From assembly GCA_040756875.1 (NCBI GenBank), contig JBFLYH010000002.1, forward strand, positions 1,023,078 to 1,087,077: a stretch of 64,000 nt of DNA, in the 5' to 3' direction. The notes under the pieces were generated by a model, which had not been told where the DNA came from, did no database searches, and saw only the letters and a list, made by a program, of their open reading frames with translations. Origin of the DNA: a candidate division FCPU426 bacterium. Lineage in GTDB: Bacteria; Oederibacteriota; JAAXVQ01; JAUVAV01. Below are positions 27,564-36,742 of this stretch, piece by piece. Made by a program: the position numbers and the translations under genes. Each line of letters begins with the position of its first letter. Positions within the stretch are counted from its first letter, which is position 1.

Positions 27564-30093
27564 ACGACGCTCCCCGCGGCGGTCTGCTCCCGCCTGGCGG
27601 GAAAAGATCGCCGGGTTCTATCATTTGACCCAACCCGGCTGGCTGGGCCTGGCCGTGGTCCTGGCCTGGATGGGGCAGGACGCTTTCGCCGGCCGCCATC
27701 TCGCGGTCGGCCTTGTTTGGTGGCTGGCGGCCATGGTCCTGGCCGGCAGCGCCTACTGGCGCCAGCCCGACCGCATTGACTCCGAAAAAAACCTGACGCC
27801 CAGACTGGAGGGCTGGATCCTGGCGGCGGTCGTGGCCGTCGCGGCCGTGGTCCGCTGGTGGCACCTGGCGGACATTCCGCACGGCTACCATTTCGACGAG
27901 GCCATGAACGCACTCATCGGCCTGCAAATGCTCCAGGACCCCGCCTATGTCCCGATTTTCGGCCCTCCGGACGCGCCCCTGCCCACGCTGTACCATTACT
28001 ACAATTTGATTGCCCTCAAGCTCGGCGGCATCAGCGCCTATGCCACCAAGTGGGTGCCGGCCATGGCCGGCACGGCCACGGTGGCGGTCTTTTATTTTCT
28101 GGCCCGCAGGGTGGTCTCGCGGCCCGTGGCCCTGGCCGCGGCTTTGCTGCTGGCGCTGATGCGCTGGCACATCAATTTTTCGCGCATCAACTACGTGGGC
28201 ATTCTCACGCCCCTGTTTGCGGCCTCGGCCGGGTATTTCCTCCTGCGCGGCCTGGAGACGAAAAACCGCTGGCACATGGCCTGGTCCGGGCTCTCGGTCT
28301 CCCTGGGGCTTTACACGTATTACGCCTCCAACCTGGTGCCGTTCGTGCTGGGGCCCTACCTGGCGCTGCAGCTGGTGTGGGACCGGGACTTCCTGCGGCG
28401 GCAGTGGCAGGGCCTGCTGTTTTTCCTGGGCGTGTCCCTGGCGGTGTTCGCGCCCCTGGGCATCTTCGCCCTGACCGAGCCGCAGCGCTTTTTCGTGCGC
28501 AACCAGCAGGTGCTGATCTTCAACCACGTCCCGCCCGAACAGGCCGTGTCCGCGTTTTGGAACAACGTCAAGACCACGCTGCTCATGTTCAATTATTTCG
28601 GCGACTGCAACGGCCGCCACAACCTGCCCGAAACGCCCATGCTCGATCCGGTGACCGGCGTGCTTTTCGGCCTGGGCCTGGCCTGGAGCCTGGCGCACCT
28701 GCACCGGCCGCACGCCTTTTTGGCCGTGTGGTGGTTCCTGGTGGCCCTGGTGCCGGGGTTCCTGACCATCGAAGCGCCGCAGGGCTACCGCTGCATCGGC
28801 GCGATCGTGCCTGTGGCCCTGCTCGCGGCGATCGGGTTGGAACGCCTGTGGCAGGCGGCAAAAGATTTGGTCACCGGCACTCGCGTGAGCCGCTGGTTGT
28901 GGCTGGCGCTCCCGCTGCTCCTGGCGTGGATCGGCGTGCACAACGTGGGCATTTATTTCGGGCGCCAGGCCAATCATACGGCCTGCTGGTCCGAATTCAA
29001 CGCGGCCGAGGCGGGCATGGGCTGGCACCTGGCAAAACTCGGCCCCCGCACGCACGCGTACATTTCCGCCGGGTCGTACAACTATCCCACCATCCGCTTT
29101 TTGGCCCAGGCGGCGCTGGATTCCGAACCCTTCCAGCTCATCCACTCCCTGCCCTCGAACGATCCGGGCGACAAGGACCTGAGTTACCTGCTCCTGCCGA
29201 TCCACGACGGCGCGCTGGAACTGCTGCGCTTCTACTATCCGGGCGGCAAGGAAACCGCGCACCGCAGCCCCTTTGATTTCACGCTTTTTACCTCCTACGA
29301 GGTCAGCCGCCAGGAAGTGCTGGCCAACCGGGGCCTGGCCGGAATTTATCTGGGCGCGGAAGGGAAACGGAAGGAAGTCCGGACGGTTTTTCCTTTCCGT
29401 CCCGCTTCCTTGGAGATGAGCGGGCCGGTCACGGCGAAATGGGAGGGGAGCCTGCGTTTTCCAAATTCAGGCCGCTACCTGCTGCGCCTGGAAGGCGCTG
29501 CGACGGCTCGGATTTACCTGGACGGCCGCCTGCTGGGTTCGGAAGGTGTGGCTGCCGCCGAGGGCTGGCATCGGCTGAGCGTGTCTGCCACGCTGTCCGG
29601 CGAGCGCGCGGTTGCGCTGTATTGGCGGCGGGACAGCGCGGCCGCCCCCTGGAATTTGGTGCCGGACTGGTCGCTTTCGCCCAAAACCGAAGTGCACGGC
29701 CTGACCGGGGCCTATTTCCGCACCACGGATTGGAGCGGTGACCCGCTGTTCAGGCGCGTGGACCCGCTGCTGTCGCTTTTGGGCCACGACTTTTCGCTCT
29801 CCGCGCCTTTTTCCGTGCGCTGGGAGGGAACGATCAACGCGCCGCGCGACGGCCATTATCTTTTTGAGGTATTATCCAACGAAGCCGCCTGGTTGTATAT
29901 TGACGGCAAACTGGCGGTCGCCAACGAGGAAGCCGACCGCACCAGCCAGTCGACGATCCGCCTCGCCGCCGGTCCGCACGCCATCCGCATTGACTACCAG
30001 AAAAAAGCCGGCGCCTACCCCCGCCTAGTGCTGTCCTGGCAAGCGCCCGGACAGGCCAAGACCAAACTTCCGTTCACCGTCCTGTCGCCGTAG
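27553..30093 (+). CDS. ArnT/PMT-like (GT39) membrane glycosyltransferase fused to PA14 domains
   Basis: P.GYHFDEA motif, multi-TM core, then two PA14-like units (W.GSLRFP.SGRY...LDG; GLTGAYF...FSVRWEGTINAP.DGHY.F...LYIDG...GPH.IRIDY). Confidence 0.85.
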   Translation: MAVRRRSPRRSAPAWREKIAGFYHLTQPGWLGLAVVLAWMGQDAFAGRHLAVGLVWWLAAMVLAGSAYWRQPDRIDSEKNLTPRLEGWILAAVVAVAAVVRWWHLADIPHGYHFDEAMNALIGLQMLQDPAYVPIFGPPDAPLPTLYHYYNLIALKLGGISAYATKWVPAMAGTATVAVFYFLARRVVSRPVALAAALLLALMRWHINFSRINYVGILTPLFAASAGYFLLRGLETKNRWHMAWSGLSVSLGLYTYYASNLVPFVLGPYLALQLVWDRDFLRRQWQGLLFFLGVSLAVFAPLGIFALTEPQRFFVRNQQVLIFNHVPPEQAVSAFWNNVKTTLLMFNYFGDCNGRHNLPETPMLDPVTGVLFGLGLAWSLAHLHRPHAFLAVWWFLVALVPGFLTIEAPQGYRCIGAIVPVALLAAIGLERLWQAAKDLVTGTRVSRWLWLALPLLLAWIGVHNVGIYFGRQANHTACWSEFNAAEAGMGWHLAKLGPRTHAYISAGSYNYPTIRFLAQAALDSEPFQLIHSLPSNDPGDKDLSYLLLPIHDGALELLRFYYPGGKETAHRSPFDFTLFTSYEVSRQEVLANRGLAGIYLGAEGKRKEVRTVFPFRPASLEMSGPVTAKWEGSLRFPNSGRYLLRLEGAATARIYLDGRLLGSEGVAAAEGWHRLSVSATLSGERAVALYWRRDSAAAPWNLVPDWSLSPKTEVHGLTGAYFRTTDWSGDPLFRRVDPLLSLLGHDFSLSAPFSVRWEGTINAPRDGHYLFEVLSNEAAWLYIDGKLAVANEEADRTSQSTIRLAAGPHAIRIDYQKKAGAYPRLVLSWQAPGQAKTKLPFTVLSP

Positions 30094-30106
30094 GCACGAT
30101 CTGGAA

Positions 30107-30156
30107 ATATTTATTTTGTAGGGGCGTTCAATTGAACGCCCCTACAAAATAAATAT
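30107..30156. repeat. 50-bp perfect palindrome containing REP-like copy 2; likely bidirectional terminator between convergent genes
   Basis: atatttatttt + GTAGGGGCGTTCAATTGAACGCCCCTAC + aaaataaatat, between the stops at 30093 (+) and 30232 (-). Confidence 0.8.
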
Positions 30157-30231
30157 CCTTTCGCCCTGCGTCAGCGGGCGAGGGTGCGGGCGAGGGGGAC
30201 TCCCAACGACAGTGCTTTGAAACCATGCGTC

Positions 30232-31689
30232 CTACCCAGCGCTACTTTTGTAAGCCTGTTTGTCCGAGTGGTCTTTGAGGAAGATCCGGGTCACCAGGGC
30301 CTGCAGGCCGTTCCACAGGCGCAGGAGATTGCGCGGGTGGCGCAGGAGCATGCCCAGGTAGCCCAGGAGCACGCGCGGCCGGAAGTAGAAGCGCCGGTAG
30401 GCCAGCTTGGAATAGGCCTCCAGGTCCTGGGCCGTGAGGCCGTGGGGGATGAAGGACGGGTACTGCAGATTCATCTTGCTCCAGGTCCGGTCAAAGGTTC
30501 CGTACTGGTCGGCGATCTCGTAGGCCGGAGTGCCGGGCAGGGGCGTGAAAGTCGTGAAGTGGAAGTCGTCCAGGGGCAGGCGCAGCAGGAAGTCCAGGGT
30601 CTGGCGGATGGTGTCGTGGGTTTCCCGCATGTGCCCGATCATGAAAAATCCGCGCGTGCGCAGGCCGGCCTGTTTGGTCGCGACCAGCGTGCGCTCGATC
30701 TGCTCCAGGGTCACGTGCTTGCGGATGAAATCCAGGATCAGCTGGGAGCCGCTCTCCACGCCGTAGCTGACCTGCCAGCAGCCCGCCTTTTTCATGAGCC
30801 GGAACAGCTCCGGATTGCCCTGGTCCACCCGCGAATAGCAGGACCAGGTCAGGTCGATCTTTTCGTCGAGCAGGGTGCGGCAGACGGCCTCCACCCGCTC
30901 GGGATGGAAAAGAAAGTTATCGTCGTAGAGGCTGAGGTCGCGCAGGCCGTAGTGCTTGACCAGGTGCCGGATGAGCTTCAGCACGTACTCCGCGCTGAAA
31001 CAGCGCAGGTACCCGTGGATGGACTTGCTGTTGCAGAACAGGCAGTTACCCACGCAGCCGCGCGAGGTCACGATGGTGGTGGAAGGCAGGCGCAGGTAGG
31101 AAGGCGCCGAGGGGCGGTAGCGCCGGACCACGTCCGGCACCAGGTCCCAGGCCGGCAGGGGCAGGACGTCCAGGTCCTTGATCAGCGCCTGTTTGGGCGT
31201 GCGCACCAGGTCGCCCTCGCGGCGGAAAATGATTCCGTTCACGCCGCCGAGGTCCGCGCCCGCGTCCAGGGCCCGAAGCAGGGCGACCACGCTGACTTCC
31301 GCCTCGCCGATCACGCCCAGGTCGAAGCCCGGGAAACGGCGCAGGGTCTCCTCGGGCACGGAACTGAGGTGCGCGCCGCCGACGATGATGGGCAGCGAAG
31401 GCGCCTGCCGCTTGATCAGGTCCGCCAGTTCGGCGGTGCGGTCAATGGAGACCGTGACCGTGGTGATGCCGAGGTAATCCGGCTTGGCGGCCAGCACGCG
31501 CTCCGCGGTTTCAGGGAGGCCGAGGCCGTCGATGGCCGCGTCCAGGATTTCCACCGCATAGCCGGCTTCGCGCGCCACGGCGGCCACGCTCAGCAGGCCG
31601 TAGGGCAGGGAGCGGGCCGTGGCTTTGGCCAGGGCGCCGGAGCGCTCGACTTCGGAAAGCGGGGGATTAAGCAGCAAAAATTTTTTCAT
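30232..31689 (-). CDS. Cobalamin-binding radical SAM protein
   Basis: N-terminal B12-binding fold (PYGLLSVAA, GGAH), TSRGCVGNCLFC (CxxxCxxC), DDNF, GVESGSQ. Start taken at MKKFLLL. Confidence 0.92.
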   Translation of the reverse strand: MKKFLLLNPPLSEVERSGALAKATARSLPYGLLSVAAVAREAGYAVEILDAAIDGLGLPETAERVLAAKPDYLGITTVTVSIDRTAELADLIKRQAPSLPIIVGGAHLSSVPEETLRRFPGFDLGVIGEAEVSVVALLRALDAGADLGGVNGIIFRREGDLVRTPKQALIKDLDVLPLPAWDLVPDVVRRYRPSAPSYLRLPSTTIVTSRGCVGNCLFCNSKSIHGYLRCFSAEYVLKLIRHLVKHYGLRDLSLYDDNFLFHPERVEAVCRTLLDEKIDLTWSCYSRVDQGNPELFRLMKKAGCWQVSYGVESGSQLILDFIRKHVTLEQIERTLVATKQAGLRTRGFFMIGHMRETHDTIRQTLDFLLRLPLDDFHFTTFTPLPGTPAYEIADQYGTFDRTWSKMNLQYPSFIPHGLTAQDLEAYSKLAYRRFYFRPRVLLGYLGMLLRHPRNLLRLWNGLQALVTRIFLKDHSDKQAYKSSAG

Positions 31690-31820
31690 GCGTTGTGTCC
31701 GTTTCCTATCCAATCCCAGGCCGGTGGTATGTTCGCCGAAACGGCCTCAAGGCTTCCGGTATTTGCAGTTCGGATCCGGAAAAGATACCCGGAGCAGGGA
31801 ATTCCAGAGCTGAAAAATGA

Positions 31821-31850
31821 TTGACCTATTTTATTATTTCAGCTTACAAT
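31821..31850 (+). promoter_or_regulatory. Putative sigma70 promoter for the epimerase-heptose operon
   Basis: TTGACC-N18-TACAAT in the AT-rich divergent intergenic region. Confidence 0.5.
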
Positions 31851-31978
31851 CAGCAAGCTCTGAAATACATTGGGGATAAAAACCCTTTGGTTTTAACTCC
31901 AACAAACACAATGAAAAGCGTTTGTAGGCCGCGGCCGGTCCGGCCGCGGTGCTGCTTTTTTTAGGCAGGAGCACTCGA

Positions 31979-32959
31979 GTGGCTGATTCCAACACCACGA
32001 CCTACTTCATCGCCGGCGGCGCGGGCTTCATCGGCAGCCACATGGTCTTGCAGTTGCTCGCCGAGGAGCCGGACTGCCGCGTCGTTGTTTACGACAATTT
32101 TTCCTCCGGACAGCGCGCCTACCTGGAGCCTGCGGCCAAGGACCCGCGCCTGCGGGTGGTGGCGGCTGATCTGAAGGATGCGGCCAGCCTGGCCAAGGCC
32201 ATGGACGGCTGCCAGGTGGTGTACCACTTCGCCTCCAACCCGGATATCGCGCGCGCGGCGACCGAGCCGGGCGTGGATTTTTGGGAAGGCACGTATCTCA
32301 CGCACCAGGTGCTCGAGGCCGCGCGCGCAGCCGGCGCGCGCCGCGTGCTCTACGCCTCGGGCAGCGGCGTGTACGGCGACGCGGGCCGCAAACGCCTGGC
32401 CGAGGATTATCCCTACAAACTCCCGGTGTCCACCTACGGCGCCAGCAAGCTGGCCGGCGAGTCCCTGCTTTGCAGCTATTGCCACATGTTCGGCCTCGCG
32501 GGCAGCAGTTTCCGCTTCGCCAACGTAGTCGGCCCGCGCCAGACGCACGGCGTGGGGTTCGATTTTTTGCGCAAACTGCGGGCCAACCCGAAGGAGCTGG
32601 AGATTTTGGGCGACGGCACCCAATCCAAGCCCTACATCGACGTGACCGACGTGCTCAGCGCCCTGCGGCTGGTGGAGCGCCGACAAACCGGGGGCTATCA
32701 ATATTATAACGTCGCCACGCCGGACGCGGTGACCGTGAAAGCCATCGCCGACCTGGCCGTGGCGGCCCTGGGGCTCGCGGGCGTCCGCTACCGCTTCACC
32801 GGCGGGCCGCGCGGGTGGCAGGGCGACGTGCCCGTGGTGAGGCTCGATGCGCGCAAACTGCGGGCCTTGGGCTGGCGGCCGCGCTATTCCTCGGCCGAGG
32901 CGGTCAGGCGCTCCCTGCAGGCCATGGCCAACGCGGAGACGGACAGGAGGCAGGCATGA
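31979..32959 (+). CDS. NAD-dependent epimerase/dehydratase (extended SDR)
   Basis: GGAGFIGSH, YGASK, RFANVVGP. GTG start with AGGAG RBS. Confidence 0.9.
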   Translation: MADSNTTTYFIAGGAGFIGSHMVLQLLAEEPDCRVVVYDNFSSGQRAYLEPAAKDPRLRVVAADLKDAASLAKAMDGCQVVYHFASNPDIARAATEPGVDFWEGTYLTHQVLEAARAAGARRVLYASGSGVYGDAGRKRLAEDYPYKLPVSTYGASKLAGESLLCSYCHMFGLAGSSFRFANVVGPRQTHGVGFDFLRKLRANPKELEILGDGTQSKPYIDVTDVLSALRLVERRQTGGYQYYNVATPDAVTVKAIADLAVAALGLAGVRYRFTGGPRGWQGDVPVVRLDARKLRALGWRPRYSSAEAVRRSLQAMANAETDRRQA

Positions 32960-33942
32960 TCATTTCACGCGCGCCGGTGCGCCTTTCCCTGGGAGGCGGG
33001 GGCACGGACCTGCCCTCGTACTACCGCCAGCACGGCGGCTTCCTGGTGGCCGCGGCCATCGACAAATACATTTATATCATGGCGGACAAGCGCTTCCAGC
33101 CCTCGATCCGCCTGTCGTATTCGAAGACCGAAATCGTGGACCGCGTGGACGAGATCCAGCATCCCCTGTTCCGCGAGGGTCTGCGCTACGCGGGCGTGGA
33201 GCGCCAGATCGAATTGATCTCCCTGGCCGAAGTGCCGGCCAACTGCGGCCTGGGCACGTCCTCCACCTTTGCCGTGGCCCTGCTCAACGCCCTATTCGAA
33301 TTCCGCCGGCAGCGCGTGCCGCGGCAGGAACTGGCCGAAGCCGCCTGCCGCCTCGAGATGGAGATCCTCAAGGAACCCATCGGCAAGCAGGACCAGTACG
33401 TGGCGGCGTTCGGCGGCCTGAACGCCTACTGGTTCGACCCGGACGGCACGGTGCGCGTGGAGCCCGTGGCCATACGGCCCGAGAACCTGCGCGAGCTGCA
33501 GAACAACCTGCTGCTGTTCTACCTCAACCGAGAGCGCGACGCCCGCACGGTGCTGGCGGACCAGGACCGCAAGAGCCGGACCGGCGACGCGCCGACCCTG
33601 GAGCGGCTGCACCGCATCAAGGAGATCGGCCTGGCCACGAAGAAACTGTTGGAGGACGGGAGCCGGCTCGACGCGTTCGGCGAGCTGATGCACGAACACT
33701 GGCTGACCAAGCGGGGGCTGTCCGACAAAATTTCGGATTCCTTCATCGACGAAGCCTATGACACGGCCCGGCGCCACGGCGCCCTGGGCGGCAAAGTCGT
33801 GGGCGCGGGCGGCGGCGGGTTCCTGCTGCTGTATTGCCCGAAAGAGAAATCCAAGCTGGTCGGGGCCTTGCAGCCCCTGGGTTTGGAACCCATGTGGTTC
33901 GGATTCGCGGCCGAAGGCGCGCGGGTCGGTTTTTACAGTTGA
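32956..33942 (+). CDS. hddA: D-glycero-alpha-D-manno-heptose-7-phosphate kinase (GHMP family)
   Basis: RAPVRLSLGGGGTD, GLGTSS, IGKQDQY..AFGG, GGKVVGAGGGGF; clustered with gmhA/gmhB. Confidence 0.8.
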   Translation: MIISRAPVRLSLGGGGTDLPSYYRQHGGFLVAAAIDKYIYIMADKRFQPSIRLSYSKTEIVDRVDEIQHPLFREGLRYAGVERQIELISLAEVPANCGLGTSSTFAVALLNALFEFRRQRVPRQELAEAACRLEMEILKEPIGKQDQYVAAFGGLNAYWFDPDGTVRVEPVAIRPENLRELQNNLLLFYLNRERDARTVLADQDRKSRTGDAPTLERLHRIKEIGLATKKLLEDGSRLDAFGELMHEHWLTKRGLSDKISDSFIDEAYDTARRHGALGGKVVGAGGGGFLLLYCPKEKSKLVGALQPLGLEPMWFGFAAEGARVGFYS

Positions 33943-33953
33943 GCGGCGGCCGG

Positions 33954-34670
33954 ATGATTCCGCCAACTGATCCCGACCTGGCCGCGGCCTGGGACGATGT
34001 GCACCGGTATTCGCCCGCGCCCAGGCACCGCCGCCGGCTGCTGGGACGCCTGCTGAGCCCGTTGCCCTTTGACTCGCTGTTGGACGTGGGCTGCGGCCAG
34101 CCGTACCTGCTAGAGGAATGGCGGCGGCGGGGGAAGCGCGTGGCCGGCTGCGACGTTTCACCGCAAGTCATCGAGGAAAACCGGCGGCGCCTGCCGGACG
34201 CGCAGTTTGCGGTGGTGGACATCAACCGCGCCGCATTTCCCGGCCGGCAGCGCTTTGACCTGGTGGTGGCGAGCGAAGTGCTGGAGCACCTGGACGACTG
34301 GCGCGCCGGCCTCGAAAACTGCTGCGCCATGTCGCAGCGCTTTATCGTGGTCACCGTGCCCGCCGGGCCGCGGTACGCCATCGATAAAATGGTGGGGCAC
34401 CGCCGGCATTTCGCCGGGCCGGAGCTGGCGGAAGCGCTCGGCCGCCTGGGGTTCCGGATCGTGCGCATGCGGCGGTGGGGGTTTCCCCTGCACACGCTGT
34501 ACAAGTGGCTGATCAACAGCATCGCGCCCGAACGCATGTACCGCAGCTTCGGCGCCTCGCGCTACGGCTGGGGCCAGAAAGCGGCCTCGCAGTTGCTGTA
34601 CGGGCTGTTTTTCATCAACGATTGGTTTCCGTGGGGGCAGCAGTTGCTGCTGCTGGCGGAACGCAAGTAA
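33954..34670 (+). CDS. Class I SAM-dependent methyltransferase
   Basis: LLDVGCG, FDLVVASEVLEHL, VTVP, D..VGHRRH. Confidence 0.85.
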   Translation: MIPPTDPDLAAAWDDVHRYSPAPRHRRRLLGRLLSPLPFDSLLDVGCGQPYLLEEWRRRGKRVAGCDVSPQVIEENRRRLPDAQFAVVDINRAAFPGRQRFDLVVASEVLEHLDDWRAGLENCCAMSQRFIVVTVPAGPRYAIDKMVGHRRHFAGPELAEALGRLGFRIVRMRRWGFPLHTLYKWLINSIAPERMYRSFGASRYGWGQKAASQLLYGLFFINDWFPWGQQLLLLAERK

Positions 34671-34672
34671 GG

Positions 34673-34808
34673 GGAGGCAGGGGCATTTCCACTCTCCGCC
34701 TCAGGCCATCGATGGATTGAGTTCGGATTCGGAGATCCAATCCGAATCCGAACAAAATCTTTTTAAAGGGTTGGCTAGGAGGCGGGTCCTGGAAATGCCC
34801 CTGCCTCC
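34673..34808. other. 136-bp nested inverted-repeat element (MITE-like or structured RNA)
   Basis: 19-bp perfect terminal IR (34673-34691/34790-34808), 7-bp inner stem (34696-34702/34779-34785), 13-bp apical stem (34721-34733/34741-34753). Confidence 0.7.
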
Positions 34809-34811
34809 AAG

Positions 34812-36014
34812 ATGAAAAAAGGAAAAAATATGACGAAGAAACCGCGCGTGTCCATCGTGGTGCCGGCGCTGAACGAGGAGATCACCATCGGCGAGTTCGT
34901 CGACTGGTGCAAGGAAGGCCTGCGCCGCGCCCGCGTGACCGGCGAAATTTTGATCATCGACAGCTCCACGGACCGCACCCCGCGCATCGCCGCGGCGCAC
35001 GGCGCCCGGGTCGTCAAGGTGTCCAAGCGCGGGCTGGGGCAGGCGTATATCGACGCCTTGCCGCACATCCGCGGGGAGTACGTGATCATGGGCGACTGCG
35101 ACCTGACCTATGACTTCCGCGAGATCGGCGCGTTTGTCCGCAAGCTCGAGGAGGGCTTCGAGTTCGTGATCGGCAGCCGCCTGCGCGGCCGCATCGAGCC
35201 GGGCGCCATGCCCGGCCTGCACCGCTACTTCGGCACGCCGCTCACCACCTGGATCCTCAATTCCATGTACGGCTCGCACTACAGCGACATCCATTGCGGC
35301 CTGCGGGCCATGCGCACGGACGCCTTGCGGCGCCTGCACCTGGAATCCAGGTCGTGGGAGTACGCCTCGGAGATGGTGCTCAAGGCGGCCCAGTTGAAGT
35401 TGAAGACCGCCGAGATCCCGATCGCTTTTTACAAGGACCGGGAGGGCCGGGCCAGCCACCACAAGCGATCGGGCTGGCTGTCGCCCTGGCTGGCCGGCTG
35501 GATCAATTTGAAGGTCATGTTTCTGTACTTCCCGAGCTTCTTTCTCAAGGGGCCGGGCGCGGCCGGCCTGGTCCTGGGGCTGCTGTTGTTCGCCCTTCTG
35601 GCCTTGGGAGCCACCCCGCTCCGCCTGGGTCCGCTGGCCTTGTCCGTGCACAGCATGTTTCTCGCCATCACCCTGGCTGTGGTGGGGTATGCCGCGTTCC
35701 AGATGAGCGTGCTGGCGGAAATGATCCTGCAGGTGAACCCGGAGCGCACGGAGCGCTATATCCGCTTTTTCGCCTACAACCGGGGGGTCCTGGCCGGCGT
35801 GCTGCTGGTGGCCGCGGGCCTGTTCCTGCTGGTGGATTTCAGCTGGGAGTACGTGCAGAACGGTTTCACGCTGCGGGTCATTTCCAAAAGCGCGCTGGCC
35901 GGCCTGTTGAGCCTGATTCTGGGGTTCCAGACCTTTACGTTTACCCTGGTGGTCCAACTCCTGGCCGCCAAACTGGCTCTGCCTGAACCCGCAAAGACGG
36001 GGGCGCGCCCATGA
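34812..36014 (+). CDS. GT2 glycosyltransferase (DPM-synthase-like) with C-terminal TM helices
   Basis: VSIVVPALNEE, GDCDLTYD, GSRL.G.I..GAMP, HCGLRA, EYASEM. Start is 34812 or 34830. Confidence 0.88.
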   Translation: MKKGKNMTKKPRVSIVVPALNEEITIGEFVDWCKEGLRRARVTGEILIIDSSTDRTPRIAAAHGARVVKVSKRGLGQAYIDALPHIRGEYVIMGDCDLTYDFREIGAFVRKLEEGFEFVIGSRLRGRIEPGAMPGLHRYFGTPLTTWILNSMYGSHYSDIHCGLRAMRTDALRRLHLESRSWEYASEMVLKAAQLKLKTAEIPIAFYKDREGRASHHKRSGWLSPWLAGWINLKVMFLYFPSFFLKGPGAAGLVLGLLLFALLALGATPLRLGPLALSVHSMFLAITLAVVGYAAFQMSVLAEMILQVNPERTERYIRFFAYNRGVLAGVLLVAAGLFLLVDFSWEYVQNGFTLRVISKSALAGLLSLILGFQTFTFTLVVQLLAAKLALPEPAKTGARP

Positions 36015-36742
36015 ACCTGCCTCCGCTCGCGATCCTGGCCGGCGGCCTGGCCACGCGCCTGCAGGCTGAAACCGAGCGGACGCCGAAATCGCTCCTGCAG
36101 GTGGCTGGCAAACCGTTCATCGACCACCAGCTCGAGCAACTGGCCGGCCAGGGCGTAGAGCGGGTGTTGGTTTGCACCGGGCATCTGGGCGAAGCCATCG
36201 AGCGCCATGTGGGCGACGGCCGCGCCTTCGGCTTGTCCGTGGAATACTCCCGGGACGGCGAGCGCCTGCTGGGCACGGCCGGCGCGCTGCACAAAGCGCT
36301 GCCCCGGTTGGATGATATTTTTTTCGTGCTCTACGGCGATTCCTACCTGGACGTGAACCTGGCGGAGGTGTACGGCTTTTTCCGCTCCACCGGAAAACTC
36401 GGCCTGATGACCGTGCACGAAAATCAGAACCGTTGGGACCGCAGCAATGTCGTGTACCGAGTCGGGCACATCATCCGTTACGACAAACAGAACCCGGACC
36501 CGGAAATGACCTACATCGATTACGGATTGAGCCTTTTCAGGCGGGAGGCTTTCGCCGACACCCCGGAATCGGGCGTCGAGGATTTGAGCGAGGTGTTCCG
36601 GCGGCTGGTGGCGCGCGGAGAGCTGCTGGGGTATCCGGCGGCGCGGCGTTTTTACGAAATCGGCTCGCCCCAGGGCCTGGCCGAAACCCGGGCCTATCTG
36701 GAAGGCCTGCGGGAAGGGGGAGACACGCATGGAAACGGGTGA
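36011..36742 (+). CDS. hddC: Sugar-phosphate nucleotidyltransferase, probable heptose-1-phosphate guanylyltransferase
   Basis: ILAGGLATRL..PKSLL.VAGKPF, LGTAGAL, YGDSY, FYEIGS. Specificity inferred from gene context. Confidence 0.7.
   Translation: MNLPPLAILAGGLATRLQAETERTPKSLLQVAGKPFIDHQLEQLAGQGVERVLVCTGHLGEAIERHVGDGRAFGLSVEYSRDGERLLGTAGALHKALPRLDDIFFVLYGDSYLDVNLAEVYGFFRSTGKLGLMTVHENQNRWDRSNVVYRVGHIIRYDKQNPDPEMTYIDYGLSLFRREAFADTPESGVEDLSEVFRRLVARGELLGYPAARRFYEIGSPQGLAETRAYLEGLREGGDTHGNG

Noticed and set aside
27493-31824. Long ORFs 27493-29262 (-), 27858-29276 (+) and 30184-31824 (+)
   Set aside because: These are antisense or alternate-frame shadows of well-supported genes in high-GC DNA, with no recognisable motifs.
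34673-34808. Possible tRNA (contains gttcgga)
   Set aside because: No cloverleaf, D arm or anticodon arm; the pairing is a long nested hairpin instead.
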